Below, piece after piece: positions 11,153-20,639 of a stretch of DNA of 61,011 nucleotides (positions are counted from its first letter, which is position 1; each line of letters starts with the position of its first letter). The DNA is from an uncultured Lachnospiraceae bacterium. GTDB taxonomy: Bacteria; Bacillota; Clostridia; Lachnospirales; Lachnospiraceae. The notes under the pieces were generated by a model, which saw only the letters and a list, made by a program, of their open reading frames with translations, was not told the origin of the DNA and made no database searches. A program made the position numbers and the translations under genes. The DNA lies in the NCBI GenBank assembly GCA_902790275.1, contig CADARM010000003.1:1-61011 (forward strand), given 5' to 3'.

Positions 11153-12535
11153 ATGGATACGATTGCAGCTATTTGTACGGCATTATCACCTTCGGGAATC
11201 GGTATTATCAGAGTTTCCGGAGAAGATGCGATCACAATTTCAGATAAGATTTTCAAGGGTGCGGATAAGAAGACACTTAAGGATTCTGATTCGCATACGA
11301 TTCATTACGGTCATATTGTTGACGGTGATGAGATCGTGGATGAAGTTCTTGTGATGCTTATGAAGGCTCCGAGGTCATACACGATGGAAGATGTGGTTGA
11401 GATAGACTGTCATGGCGGAATCCTTGTATTAAGGAAAGTTTTTAATCTGCTTATTGATAACGGCTGCAGACCGTCAGAGCCCGGAGAGTTTACAAAGAGG
11501 GCATTTTTAAACGGAAGGATCGATCTTACAAGTGCGGAAGCGGTAATGGATCTCATCTCTTCCAAAAGTGAAATGGCAAGAAAAAATTCCGTTTCGATGT
11601 TAAACGGAAAGATGTATGAACTGATCAGGAAATTAAGAGAAGAAATTCTTTATTATATAGCTAAAATTGAAGCTGCTTTGGATGATCCCGAGCATATGTC
11701 ACTTGACGGATTTGAAGAAGAACTTTCAGGAAAGATAAATGATATACAGGATAAGATAGATCATTTGATCAAATCCTATGATAACGGAAAGATCTTAAAA
11801 GAGGGTATCCATACCGCGATAGTAGGAAAACCCAATGCAGGAAAATCTTCCATCCTTAATATGATCTTAAATGAAGAAAGAGCGATCGTTACAGAGATAG
11901 AAGGTACTACAAGAGATACTCTTGAAGAGTCTTATGATATAGGCGGGATCACTCTTAACTTAATCGATACCGCAGGGATCCATGAGAGTGATGATGTGGT
12001 TGAAAAGATAGGTATAGAGAGAGCAAAATCCGCGATCGAAAAAGCCGACCTTGTTTTATATGTTGCGGATTCTTCAACGGAAACAGATCTTTTTGACGAT
12101 CAGATAATCGCTTTGATCAACGGTAAAAAATCGATATGTCTTTTGAACAAATCGGATCTTCAGAGAGAGACAACAAAACAGGAACTTAATGCACATTTTG
12201 AAGGAAGCACGACAAGACCTGTATTCCTTTATACCAGTGCAAAAACAGGTGAAGGGAAAGAAGAATTGTTCAACGCGATAAAGGACATGTTCTTTGCCGG
12301 AGAGATCTCATTTAATGATGAAGTAATGGTTTCAAATCTGAGACAGAAAAACGATCTTGTTATTGCGAGTGACAGTCTTAAAAAAGTTACGGAATCCATT
12401 GAAAACTCAATGCCTGAAGACTTTCTTTCAATAGACTTAATGAGTGCTTATGCCGCACTCGGTGAGATAATAGGTGAAGAAGTCAGTGACGATCTTGTAG
12501 ATAAAATCTTCTCTGAATTCTGTATGGGAAAATAA
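11153..12535 (+). CDS. mnmE: tRNA modification GTPase MnmE (TrmE)
   Basis: DTIAAI, GEFTKRAFLNG, GKPNAGKSS, GTTRD, DTAG, NKSD, terminal FCMGK. Confidence 0.98.
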   Translation: MDTIAAICTALSPSGIGIIRVSGEDAITISDKIFKGADKKTLKDSDSHTIHYGHIVDGDEIVDEVLVMLMKAPRSYTMEDVVEIDCHGGILVLRKVFNLLIDNGCRPSEPGEFTKRAFLNGRIDLTSAEAVMDLISSKSEMARKNSVSMLNGKMYELIRKLREEILYYIAKIEAALDDPEHMSLDGFEEELSGKINDIQDKIDHLIKSYDNGKILKEGIHTAIVGKPNAGKSSILNMILNEERAIVTEIEGTTRDTLEESYDIGGITLNLIDTAGIHESDDVVEKIGIERAKSAIEKADLVLYVADSSTETDLFDDQIIALINGKKSICLLNKSDLQRETTKQELNAHFEGSTTRPVFLYTSAKTGEGKEELFNAIKDMFFAGEISFNDEVMVSNLRQKNDLVIASDSLKKVTESIENSMPEDFLSIDLMSAYAALGEIIGEEVSDDLVDKIFSEFCMGK

Positions 12536-12538
12536 TCA

Positions 12539-12991
12539 ATGGAATATACAATAAGAAAAGCAGACAGAAACGATGAAAAAAGAATAGGTGAATTGTTCAT
12601 TGAAATGCTTCAGACAATTTACAATACAAGAGACGTAAAAGGCTACGAAGAAGGTGACCTTGATCATTATTTTGAAGACAATGAAAACGTTATCTTTGTG
12701 GCCGAATCTGACAATGAAGTGATCGGTTTTCTTTCCGTGGAAGTTCATCGCGAAGACAGAGATTATCTATATCTGGATGACTTCAGTGTTTCGACAGATT
12801 GCAGAGGAAAAGGTATCGGAAACGCACTTTTAAAAGAAGCTGAAAAGTACGGAAGATCACTAAACATTCCCGCAAGTTTACTGCATGTTGAAAAGTCAAA
12901 TGAGAGAGCTTTTAAGTTTTATGAAAGAAACGGATATTCAGTATTTGAAGATCAGGAAAACAGACTTTTACTTTTAAAAGAATTTAAATAA
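12539..12991 (+). CDS. GNAT-family N-acetyltransferase
   Basis: Motif [16 protein letters not shown] and [13 protein letters not shown]; inserted between mnmE and mnmG. Confidence 0.9.
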   Translation: MEYTIRKADRNDEKRIGELFIEMLQTIYNTRDVKGYEEGDLDHYFEDNENVIFVAESDNEVIGFLSVEVHREDRDYLYLDDFSVSTDCRGKGIGNALLKEAEKYGRSLNIPASLLHVEKSNERAFKFYERNGYSVFEDQENRLLLLKEFK

Positions 12992-13007
12992 AGAAATAAA
13001 GAACAAA

Positions 13008-14909
13008 ATGGAAAACAATAAGAATAATCTTACAATTGAAACCGATGTATGTGTAATAGGTGCAGGTCACGCGGGATGCGAGGCTGCTTTGGCATGTGCA
13101 AGACTGGGACTGCAGACTGTTATATTCACAGTGTCGGTTGAAAGCATCGCTCTTATGCCCTGCAATCCCAATGTCGGAGGCACAAGTAAAGGTCATCTTG
13201 TAAGAGAACTCGATGCACTCGGCGGAGAGATGGGTAAAAACATCGATAAGACTTTTATCCAGTCGAAGATGCTCAATCTTTCAAAAGGACCTGCAGTTCA
13301 TTCTTTAAGAGCTCAGGCAGACAAAGCAGATTATTCCCACTCGATGAGAGAAACACTTGAGAATCAGGAGAACCTGACCATCAAACAGGGTGAAGTCTGC
13401 GAGATACTTTTTGACGAAGACGGCGATAACAAAATTATAAAAGGTGTAAGGATCTTTACGGGAACAACCTATCTTTGCAAGGCTGTTATAATTTGTTCCG
13501 GAACATATCTTAATGCAAGATGTTTATGCGGTGAAGCCATTACTTATACAGGTCCCAATGGTCTTCAGGCAGCAACTCATTTGTCTGAATCATTGAATGC
13601 AATGGGTGTAACTCTCAGAAGATTTAAAACAGGAACTCCTGCAAGAATGGATAAAAGAAGCCTTGATTTTTCCAAGATGGAAGAGCAGAAAGGTGATGAA
13701 AGAATAGTACCTTTTTCCTTCTCGACAAATCCCGAAGATATACAGAAAGAACAGGTTTCCTGTTACTTAACATATACAAACGAAGAGACACATAAGATCA
13801 TCAGAGCAAATCTCGACCGTTCTCCCATTTATGCGGGGATCATCGAAGGTACGGGTCCCAGATACTGTCCTTCGATCGAAGACAAAGTCGTTAAATTCGC
13901 AGATAAAGAAAGACACCAGGTTTTCATCGAACCCGAAGGTTTATATACAAATGAAATGTATGTCGGAGGAATGAGTTCTTCGCTTCCCGAAGACGTACAG
14001 CTTGCAATGTATCGAACAGTTCCCGGACTTGAGAACTGCAGGATCGTAAGAAATGCATATGCGATCGAATACGATTGTCTGACACCCGGACTTTTAACTT
14101 TATCACTTGAGATAAAAGGTGTGAGCGGTCTCTTTTCGGCAGGTCAGTTTAACGGATCTTCCGGATACGAAGAAGCAGCTGCACAGGGTCTTATCGCGGG
14201 TATCAATGCTGCAAGAAAGATACAGGGAAAAGAACCGGTCATTCTGGATAGAAGCGAAGCATACATCGGAGTTCTTATCGATGATCTTGTTACAAAAGAA
14301 AATCTCGAGCCTTACAGAATGATGACTTCAAGAGCCGAGTACAGACTTTTGTTAAGACAGGATAACGCTGATTTCAGGTTAAGAAAAATAGGATATGAAG
14401 TCGGCCTTGTAACAAAGAAACAATATGATTATGTTTTATATAAAGATAAAGAGATCACCGCAGAAGTTGAAAGATTAAAAAATACTTTTGTCGGAAGTGC
14501 GACAAAGAATCAGGAGTATCTTGAATCGCTTGGTTCTGCACCTCTTAGAACAGGAACTTCACTTGCGGAACTTCTTTGCAGACCTGAGATCACATATGAG
14601 AATCTTTCGTTCTTTGATAAAGAAAGACAGCCTCTTTCGGATGACATCATCGAACAGGTCTGTATCAGGATAAAATACGAAGGTTACATTGAAAGACAGG
14701 AGCGTCAGGTAGCTGCATTTAAAAAGATGGAAAAGAAATTAATACCTGATGATATCGATTATGATGATGTATCTTCATTAAGACTTGAAGCAAGACAGAA
14801 ATTAAAATTATTCAAACCGAGATCTGTAGGCCAGGCTTCACGAATAAGCGGTGTTACACCTGCAGATGTTTCAGTTCTTCTTATCTATCTTGCATCGATC
14901 GGAAGATAA
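13008..14909 (+). CDS. mnmG: tRNA uridine 5-carboxymethylaminomethyl modification enzyme MnmG (GidA)
   Basis: [59 protein letters not shown]. Confidence 0.99.
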   Translation: MENNKNNLTIETDVCVIGAGHAGCEAALACARLGLQTVIFTVSVESIALMPCNPNVGGTSKGHLVRELDALGGEMGKNIDKTFIQSKMLNLSKGPAVHSLRAQADKADYSHSMRETLENQENLTIKQGEVCEILFDEDGDNKIIKGVRIFTGTTYLCKAVIICSGTYLNARCLCGEAITYTGPNGLQAATHLSESLNAMGVTLRRFKTGTPARMDKRSLDFSKMEEQKGDERIVPFSFSTNPEDIQKEQVSCYLTYTNEETHKIIRANLDRSPIYAGIIEGTGPRYCPSIEDKVVKFADKERHQVFIEPEGLYTNEMYVGGMSSSLPEDVQLAMYRTVPGLENCRIVRNAYAIEYDCLTPGLLTLSLEIKGVSGLFSAGQFNGSSGYEEAAAQGLIAGINAARKIQGKEPVILDRSEAYIGVLIDDLVTKENLEPYRMMTSRAEYRLLLRQDNADFRLRKIGYEVGLVTKKQYDYVLYKDKEITAEVERLKNTFVGSATKNQEYLESLGSAPLRTGTSLAELLCRPEITYENLSFFDKERQPLSDDIIEQVCIRIKYEGYIERQERQVAAFKKMEKKLIPDDIDYDDVSSLRLEARQKLKLFKPRSVGQASRISGVTPADVSVLLIYLASIGR

Positions 14910-14939
14910 TTTATATGTCCAATTTATTGTACATATAAA
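14910..14939. repeat. Dyad site A1 (14-bp arms around TT), left copy of a 24-bp direct repeat
   Basis: TTTATATGTCCAAT-TT-ATTGTACATATAAA, one mismatch between arms; 14910-14933 matches 15438-15461 at 22/24. Confidence 0.8.
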
Positions 14940-14962
14940 ATGATATAATAAAAAATGAGGAA

Positions 14963-15430
14963 ATGAAAAAAATGATCAGACAGATTTTAGAGATCGAGGA
15001 AAAAATGCGCATAGCAAGACTTATCCTCGAGTCACTTTTTGACTGGTTTGAGATTCCCGAAACCAGAGAAAAATATATCAAGGACAGCGCAGATCAGATC
15101 ATGGTCGCAGCTTTCGAAGACGATAAGCCCATGGGTTTCATCTGCTTGAAAGAAACCGGAAAAGAAACTGTAGAACTTTCAGTTATGGGTGTATTAAAAG
15201 AATATCATCGTAAAGGTGTAGGCAAATCTTTATTTAAATTTGCTAAAGAGATCGCTATAGAAAAAGGATATTCTTTCATGCAGGTTAAGACTGTAAAGAT
15301 GGGTGTATACGATGACTATGATAAAACAAACAAGTTCTATCTTGCACTCGGCTTTAAAGAGTTTGAAGTCTTTCCCGATTTCTGGGATGAAGCAAACCCC
15401 TGCCAGGTCTATGTTATGTCTTTGAAATAA
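14963..15430 (+). CDS. GNAT-family N-acetyltransferase
   Basis: MGVLKEYHRKGVGKSL motif A, NKFYLALGF; extended -10 TGaTATAAT at 14941-14949. Confidence 0.9.
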   Translation: MKKMIRQILEIEEKMRIARLILESLFDWFEIPETREKYIKDSADQIMVAAFEDDKPMGFICLKETGKETVELSVMGVLKEYHRKGVGKSLFKFAKEIAIEKGYSFMQVKTVKMGVYDDYDKTNKFYLALGFKEFEVFPDFWDEANPCQVYVMSLK

Positions 15431-15437
15431 TCATTTG

Positions 15438-15467
15438 TTTATATGTCCCATTTATTGGACAGGTAAG
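15438..15467. repeat. Dyad site A2, right copy of the 24-bp direct repeat
   Basis: TTTATATGTCCCAT-TT-ATTGGACAGGTAAG; overlaps the rsmG ribosome-binding region. Confidence 0.8.
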
Positions 15468-15472
15468 ATTTT

Positions 15473-16186
15473 ATGGAACACTTCGTTAATGATTTAAAAG
15501 AATGGAATATTAAAATATCCGATGAGCAGTTAAATCTTTTTGAAAAGTATACAGCTCTTCTTCTTGAATGGAATGAAAAGATAAATCTTACCGCGATAAC
15601 GGATATAAATGATATCTATAAAAAACACTATCTTGATTCTTTATCTCTGGTTAAATGTATAGAAGACCTGGGTGATAAAGAATATACATTGCTTGATCTT
15701 GGAACCGGTGCAGGTTTTCCCGGTATTCCCTTAAAGATCATGTTTCCGAATCTTAAGATAACACTGGTAGATTCATTAAGAAAAAGAGTTGATTATCTTA
15801 ATCTTGTAATAGATGAATTAGGCCTTGAGAATATTCATGCTATTCATTCAAGAGCCGAGGTACTCGCACATGATGAAGTTTATCGTGAAAAATATGATAT
15901 AGTCGTATCGCGTGCGGTCGCCAATCTTTCCGTACTTAGTGAATACTGTATTCCGTTTGTAAAGTTAGGCGGAGTATTTGTTTCATATAAAGCCGCAGAC
16001 TCAAATGCGGAATTATCCTCTGCATCAAATGCGATCGGAATGCTCGGAGGAAAGAAAGCAAAAACTTTCGAATTCGTTCTTCCCGATTCCGATTATTCCA
16101 GATGCAACATTCTTATCGAAAAAAAGAAAAATACAGAAGACAGATTTCCGAGAAAGGAAGGTGTACCTTCCAAACGTCCTTTGTGA
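15473..16186 (+). CDS. rsmG: 16S rRNA m7G527 methyltransferase RsmG (GidB)
   Basis: WNEKINLTAI, HYLDSL, DLGTGAGFPGIPL, VSRAVA. Confidence 0.98.
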   Translation: MEHFVNDLKEWNIKISDEQLNLFEKYTALLLEWNEKINLTAITDINDIYKKHYLDSLSLVKCIEDLGDKEYTLLDLGTGAGFPGIPLKIMFPNLKITLVDSLRKRVDYLNLVIDELGLENIHAIHSRAEVLAHDEVYREKYDIVVSRAVANLSVLSEYCIPFVKLGGVFVSYKAADSNAELSSASNAIGMLGGKKAKTFEFVLPDSDYSRCNILIEKKKNTEDRFPRKEGVPSKRPL

Positions 16187-16192
16187 TTTTTT

Positions 16193-16253
16193 GAAAAATT
16201 TTTGATTTTTCACTGGGGTATATTTATACCCTTGAAAAAATGCAAATTTTTTT
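16193..16253. repeat. Dyad site B1 (GGGTATA-TT-TATACCC core with A/T-tract arms), left copy of a 36-bp direct repeat
   Basis: GAAAAATTTTTGATTTTTCACTGGGGTATA-TT-TATACCCTTGAAAAAATGCAAATTTTT; 16193-16228 matches 17124-17159 at 30/36. Confidence 0.75.
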
Positions 16254-16263
16254 GGAGAACGAT

Positions 16264-17136
16264 ATGAACATTCTTGTTATCGGCGGAACAAGATTTTTTG
16301 GCATACATATGGTCGATGAACTTTTGTCACTCGGTCATGAAGTTACGATCGCTAGCCGCGGTCTTGCCAGAGATCCTTTCGGTGAAAAAGTTAAGCGGAT
16401 CATTTTGGACAGAACGGATCCTGAAAGTATAAAAGATGCTTTGTCGGGAAAACATTTTGATGTTGTGATAGACAAGATCGCATATTGTTCAAATGATATA
16501 AAGAATATTATCGATTTTCTTGATTGCGAAAAATATATTTATATGTCTACGACTGCAGTCTATGATCCCAAACATCCGGATACAGTTGAAGAAGATTTTG
16601 ATCCATCAGAAAAAGAATTGGTCTGGTGTGACAGAGGGGATTTTCCTTATGATGTCATAAAAAGATCTGCCGAAGCTGCACTTTCTAAAACCTATGATAA
16701 GAACTGGGTCGCAGTAAGATACCCGGTCGTTCTCGGAAAAGATGATTATACGAAAAGACTTATGTTCTACGTGGAACATACCTTAAAAGGAATTCCAATG
16801 AACATTGATAATCCTGATCATCAAATGTCTTATATCCGTTCCGATGAAGCCGGAAAGTTTATGGCATTTCTTGTTTCAAATGATTTTTCGGGACCGGTCA
16901 ATGGAGCTTCTTCGGGAACAGTATCTTTAAAAGAGATACTCAGGTTTATAGAAGAGAGGACCGGAAAGAAAGCTTTGCTTGATCCGACCGGTGACCCTGC
17001 TCCTTATAATGGCGATCCTGAATTTTCCATTAACACAAAAAAAGCTGAATCTTTAGGATTTAGATTTACAAATATCAATGACTGGATTTATGATTTGATT
17101 GATCATTACATAGAACTTTGTCAGAAAAATTTCTGA
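16264..17136 (+). CDS. NAD-dependent epimerase/dehydratase (atypical SDR) family protein
   Basis: ILVIGGTRFFG Rossmann motif, YIYMSTTAVY, YDVIK; start moved to ATG 16264 behind GGAG. Confidence 0.88.
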   Translation: MNILVIGGTRFFGIHMVDELLSLGHEVTIASRGLARDPFGEKVKRIILDRTDPESIKDALSGKHFDVVIDKIAYCSNDIKNIIDFLDCEKYIYMSTTAVYDPKHPDTVEEDFDPSEKELVWCDRGDFPYDVIKRSAEAALSKTYDKNWVAVRYPVVLGKDDYTKRLMFYVEHTLKGIPMNIDNPDHQMSYIRSDEAGKFMAFLVSNDFSGPVNGASSGTVSLKEILRFIEERTGKKALLDPTGDPAPYNGDPEFSINTKKAESLGFRFTNINDWIYDLIDHYIELCQKNF

Positions 17137-17184
17137 TTTTTTCTCAGGGTATATTTATATGTTCGGAAAAAAGAAAAATTTTTT
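17124..17184. repeat. Dyad site B2, right copy of the 36-bp direct repeat
   Basis: GAAAAATTTCTGATTTTTTCTCAGGGTATA-TT-TATATGTTCGGAAAAAAGAAAAATTTTT; contains the epimerase stop and the next start codon. Confidence 0.72.
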
Positions 17185-17380
17185 GAATAATGAGATCACT
17201 TTTGATCCCGAAAAACAGTATGCGGTTATCCGTTCTTCAATATGCACGGGTGAAAAAGTTGCCGGTTTTAAGAATTTCGATGACGGTCATTTTACGGAAG
17301 TCATGCTCATTAACTCCGTAAAAGATGAAGAATTATTTAAAGAAACTTTCGGGATCACGGAAATTAAGACCGAATATTAA
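17159..17380 (+). CDS. Small conserved hypothetical protein (IRSSICTGEKVAGFK motif)
   Basis: 73 aa; motif resembles a small Clostridiales family of unknown function; no SD upstream of the ATG. Confidence 0.75.
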   Translation: MFGKKKNFLNNEITFDPEKQYAVIRSSICTGEKVAGFKNFDDGHFTEVMLINSVKDEELFKETFGITEIKTEY

Positions 17381-17436
17381 TATGTACTTACCTATATATT
17401 GATTTGAGCGGTTGATTTTTCGGTACTATATCTTGT

Positions 17437-17580
17437 TGTTTCACGTGAAACATTTTCCGGGATAAATATCGGAAAAGAACAAGATAATGTTTCACGTGAA
17501 ACATATGATACAATATTTTGACAAAAAATGTGAAACATAAAAAAGTCATGTTATACATATTGTATGTTTCATGTGAAACA
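17437..17580. other. parS cluster (ParB/Spo0J binding sites)
   Basis: Perfect TGTTTCACGTGAAACA at 17437-17452 and 17488-17503, one-mismatch TGTTTCATGTGAAACA at 17565-17580, half site at 17528-17537. Confidence 0.97.
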
Positions 17581-17627
17581 TAAATGAATAGTTTTACTAG
17601 ATGTAGAGACAGATATGGAGGGATAAT

Positions 17628-18122
17628 ATGGCAAAGGACATTGCGATCCACATGGAAAAAGACTGGTTCCGATACAGAACGGGAGCTTTTGTTGAACACG
17701 ACGGAAAGTATCTTTTTATAAAAAGTAACTTCGGAGACTATGATTATATGATGGGCGGAGCCGTTCACATGGGTGAAACTTCGGCCGAATGTATCGAGAG
17801 AGAAGTCTATGAGGAATCCGGGATCAAAGCAAAAGCTGTTCTTCTTTGTGCGGTAGTCGAAAACTTCTTTGACGGCAAAGGCGGAAACATTGAAGGAAAA
17901 GACTGCCACGTCCTGGAATATTATTACATTATGAAGGTTGAAGACTTCGGATCGGCCAGAGAGATTACCGACGACGGTGAGAAACTCGTATGGTTAAGCG
18001 TGGAAGAAATAAAGAAATCGAACATTAAACCCAGCTTTATCCCCGAAAGGATCGATGAAATTCTGACGACGAAACATACGATCCATATCATTGAAGACAG
18101 GGATTGCAGTAAAAGAAAATAG
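17628..18122 (+). CDS. NUDIX hydrolase
   Basis: Nudix box GGAVHMGETSAECIEREVYEESG; VVENFF; GGAGG RBS. Confidence 0.9.
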   Translation: MAKDIAIHMEKDWFRYRTGAFVEHDGKYLFIKSNFGDYDYMMGGAVHMGETSAECIEREVYEESGIKAKAVLLCAVVENFFDGKGGNIEGKDCHVLEYYYIMKVEDFGSAREITDDGEKLVWLSVEEIKKSNIKPSFIPERIDEILTTKHTIHIIEDRDCSKRK

Positions 18123-18210
18123 AAAATCGAGAATTTTTAATAACTTTTTTGGAAGTATTTTATATGGATAAAGGTAACCAATAATGTTATTATGAATAAG
18201 CGACTTGAAA

Positions 18211-18226
18211 AATTTCATGTGAAACA
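18211..18226. other. Degenerate parS in the parA upstream region
   Basis: AATTTCATGTGAAACA, 13/16 to consensus. Confidence 0.6.
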
Positions 18227-18258
18227 TACATAGATTTGTGTAGACAGAGGAGAAAAAA

Positions 18259-19020
18259 ATGGGAAGAGTTATTGCGATTGCCAATCAAAAAGGCGGAGTA
18301 GGAAAAACAACAACAGCGATAAACTTATCGGCAGCGATTGCCAAAAAGGGTAAGAAAGTTCTTGTTATAGATATGGATCCCCAGGGAAATACGACCAGCG
18401 GATTCGGTATCGAGAAGAACGAACTTGATAATACCGTATATGAACTGATGCTCGGAGAGTGTCCTATCAAGCAGTGCATTATTCCCGATGTTTTCGAAAA
18501 TCTTTCCATCATTCCTTCAAATGTAAATCTTGCCGCAGCTGAGATCGAACTCCTCGATACCGACAAGAAAGAATTTGTATTAAAGAACGAAGTAGACTGG
18601 ATCAAAGATCAGTATGATTATATTTTCATCGACTGTCCTCCTTCACTCAGCATGCTTACCATTAATGCGATGACCACCGCCGGAAGCGTACTCGTTCCTA
18701 TTCAGTGTGAGTTCTATGCAATGGAAGGTCTGAGCCAGTTGATCCACACAGTCAACCTTGTAAAGGTTAAACTTAATCCGACACTTGCAATGGAAGGTGT
18801 GGTATTTACCATGTACGATTCCAGAACAAATCTTTCCCAGGATGTAGTCGACAGTGTTAAGGAAGCTTTGGAAGAGAGGATCTTCGAGACAACGATCCCG
18901 AGAAACGTTCGTCTTGCCGAAGCACCCAGCTACGGAAAGCCCATCATCGAATACGATCCCAAGTCTGCAGGTGCCGAAAGTTACAACAAGCTTGCCGACG
19001 AACTTATAAAGATAAGATAA
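18259..19020 (+). CDS. parA: Chromosome partitioning ATPase ParA/Soj
   Basis: NQKGGVGKTTT deviant Walker A, DMDPQGN, DCPPSL, IPRNVRLAEAPSYG. Confidence 0.98.
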   Translation: MGRVIAIANQKGGVGKTTTAINLSAAIAKKGKKVLVIDMDPQGNTTSGFGIEKNELDNTVYELMLGECPIKQCIIPDVFENLSIIPSNVNLAAAEIELLDTDKKEFVLKNEVDWIKDQYDYIFIDCPPSLSMLTINAMTTAGSVLVPIQCEFYAMEGLSQLIHTVNLVKVKLNPTLAMEGVVFTMYDSRTNLSQDVVDSVKEALEERIFETTIPRNVRLAEAPSYGKPIIEYDPKSAGAESYNKLADELIKIR

Positions 19021-19099
19021 TTTTACGTGAAACCATAGAAAAAAATTAATCAACAGAGTCAAAACTCATAATGCAAAATACTTTAAAATATAGTATAAT
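19019..19099 (+). promoter_or_regulatory. Degenerate parS and putative internal promoter upstream of parB
   Basis: AATTTTACGTGAAACC (19019-19034, 12/16); ATGCAA-17 nt-TATAAT (19071-19099). Confidence 0.5.
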
Positions 19100-19130
19100 G
19101 CAAAAAGTATGATTTAAGGGGAGAACACTA

Positions 19131-20009
19131 ATGGCCGGTCTTAATAAAAGCAAAGGTTTAAACAAGGGAAAAGGACTTAAGAAACTTATTGATACAAATG
19201 TAGAGAAGCCTAAGATAAACGAAAAAGTCAAAGGCAGTATCGTCATGGTGAACATTTCCAAGGTCGAGCCCAACAAGAACCAGCCGCGTACTTATTTTGA
19301 TGAAGACGCATTGAATGAACTTGCGGATTCCATTAAGGAACACGGTATCATTCAGCCCTTAGTTGTTCAGGACAGACAGACATACTATGAGATAATCGCA
19401 GGTGAAAGAAGATGGAGAGCAGCAAACATTGCCGGCCTCACAGAAGTGCCTGTGATCATAAAAGATCTTACAGAACAGGAAATAGTTGAGATCGCTCTCA
19501 TCGAGAACATTCAGAGAAAAGACTTGAACTGTATCGAAGAAGCGAGAGCATATAAAAGACTTATTGAAGAGTTTAACTTAAAGCAGGACGAAGTAGCAGA
19601 GAAAGTTTCAAAGAGCCGTACAACGATCACAAACACAATGAGACTTTTGAAACTCTGCGACGAAGTTCAGCAGATGCTCATCGACGAGATGATCTCCGAA
19701 GGACATGCGAGAGCGATCCTCGGAGTTGAAGATGCAGAGCTTCAGGCAAACATCGCTCAGCAGGTCTTCGACCAGAAGATGAGTGTAAGAGAAGTTGAGA
19801 ATATCGTAAGAAACATCGGAAAAGAAAAGAAGAAATACAACAAGCAGAAAACTCAGATCTCCGATTCATACAAGAGCTTCGAGACCAAGTTAAAGGAAAA
19901 ACTCGAAACAAAGGTAAGTATCAGCCTTAAGGAAAACGGTTCCGGAAAGATCGAGATCGAATTCTATTCTAATGATGACTTCGAAAGAATCATTGACCAC
20001 ATCAAATAA
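19131..20009 (+). CDS. parB: Chromosome partitioning protein ParB/Spo0J
   Basis: NQPRTYF, IIAGERRWRAA, ALIENIQRKDL, HTH region SRTTITNTMRLL, SEGHARAIL. Confidence 0.98.
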   Translation: MAGLNKSKGLNKGKGLKKLIDTNVEKPKINEKVKGSIVMVNISKVEPNKNQPRTYFDEDALNELADSIKEHGIIQPLVVQDRQTYYEIIAGERRWRAANIAGLTEVPVIIKDLTEQEIVEIALIENIQRKDLNCIEEARAYKRLIEEFNLKQDEVAEKVSKSRTTITNTMRLLKLCDEVQQMLIDEMISEGHARAILGVEDAELQANIAQQVFDQKMSVREVENIVRNIGKEKKKYNKQKTQISDSYKSFETKLKEKLETKVSISLKENGSGKIEIEFYSNDDFERIIDHIK

Positions 20010-20039
20010 TGGTTTACATAACTAGACACGAGGTAATGG

Positions 20040-20600
20040 ATGAACAGCGCATTTTTAAGTAAAATTGGGCTTGGAAATATAGATATCGGATACCTGTTTT
20101 TGATAATGATCATCCTCTGGGTGATATTGATGGCCGGAGTCGGATATATCATTTACGAGAACGTCAAATTCAGGAAAGCATATAAAAAATTCATGAAAGG
20201 TTCAACGGCTGACAGCCTGGAAGAAAAGATCTTCCAGATGTGCGAAGAACAGGATTCCTTAAGAAAACTCGGGATCAAACATTCAAGAGAGATCAAGGAA
20301 CTCTACGCAAAACATCAGTCGGCATTCCAGAAAGTCGGATTGGTTAAATACGACGCATTCAAGGAAATGGGCGGAAAGCTCAGTTTCTGTCTGGTACTTT
20401 TGGACGAGAACGACACAGGAATTTTAATTAATTCCATTCACAATACATCGGGATGCTTCTGCTACTCAAAGAAGATCAAGAACGGTAAATGCGATATAGT
20501 TCTTGGTGAAGAAGAGCAGCTTGCGGTAGATAAGGCGACCAGAAGAAAGATGAAGATCGCCAAGGCCGAACCCGATAATGTTGAGTCGGACAAAGAATAA
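20040..20600 (+). CDS. DUF4446-like membrane-anchored protein
   Basis: N-terminal TM, coiled coil, KVGLVKYDAFKEMGGKLSF; usual neighbour of parB in Clostridia. Confidence 0.8.
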   Translation: MNSAFLSKIGLGNIDIGYLFLIMIILWVILMAGVGYIIYENVKFRKAYKKFMKGSTADSLEEKIFQMCEEQDSLRKLGIKHSREIKELYAKHQSAFQKVGLVKYDAFKEMGGKLSFCLVLLDENDTGILINSIHNTSGCFCYSKKIKNGKCDIVLGEEEQLAVDKATRRKMKIAKAEPDNVESDKE

Positions 20601-20639
20601 CTCTTAAATATAAAGATAATTTTCAAAGGAGATGAAAAT

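Noticed and set aside
12530-13010. att-like repeats around the first GNAT gene
   Set aside because: Only loose A-rich similarity (AAATAA...AATGGAA) and no dyad, so not counted as a cassette boundary.
17437-17580. Repeated palindromes with ~35-nt spacing as a mini CRISPR array
   Set aside because: The 16-bp unit is the parS consensus, spacing is irregular and no cas genes are present.
17388-17909. 173-aa - strand ORF with MFHVKH/MFHVKQ/VSHET repeats
   Set aside because: These peptides are translations of the parS palindromes, and the ORF overlaps the NUDIX gene antisense.
20601-20639. T-box riboswitch upstream of serS
   Set aside because: Only 39 nt intergenic; no T-box motif or terminator.
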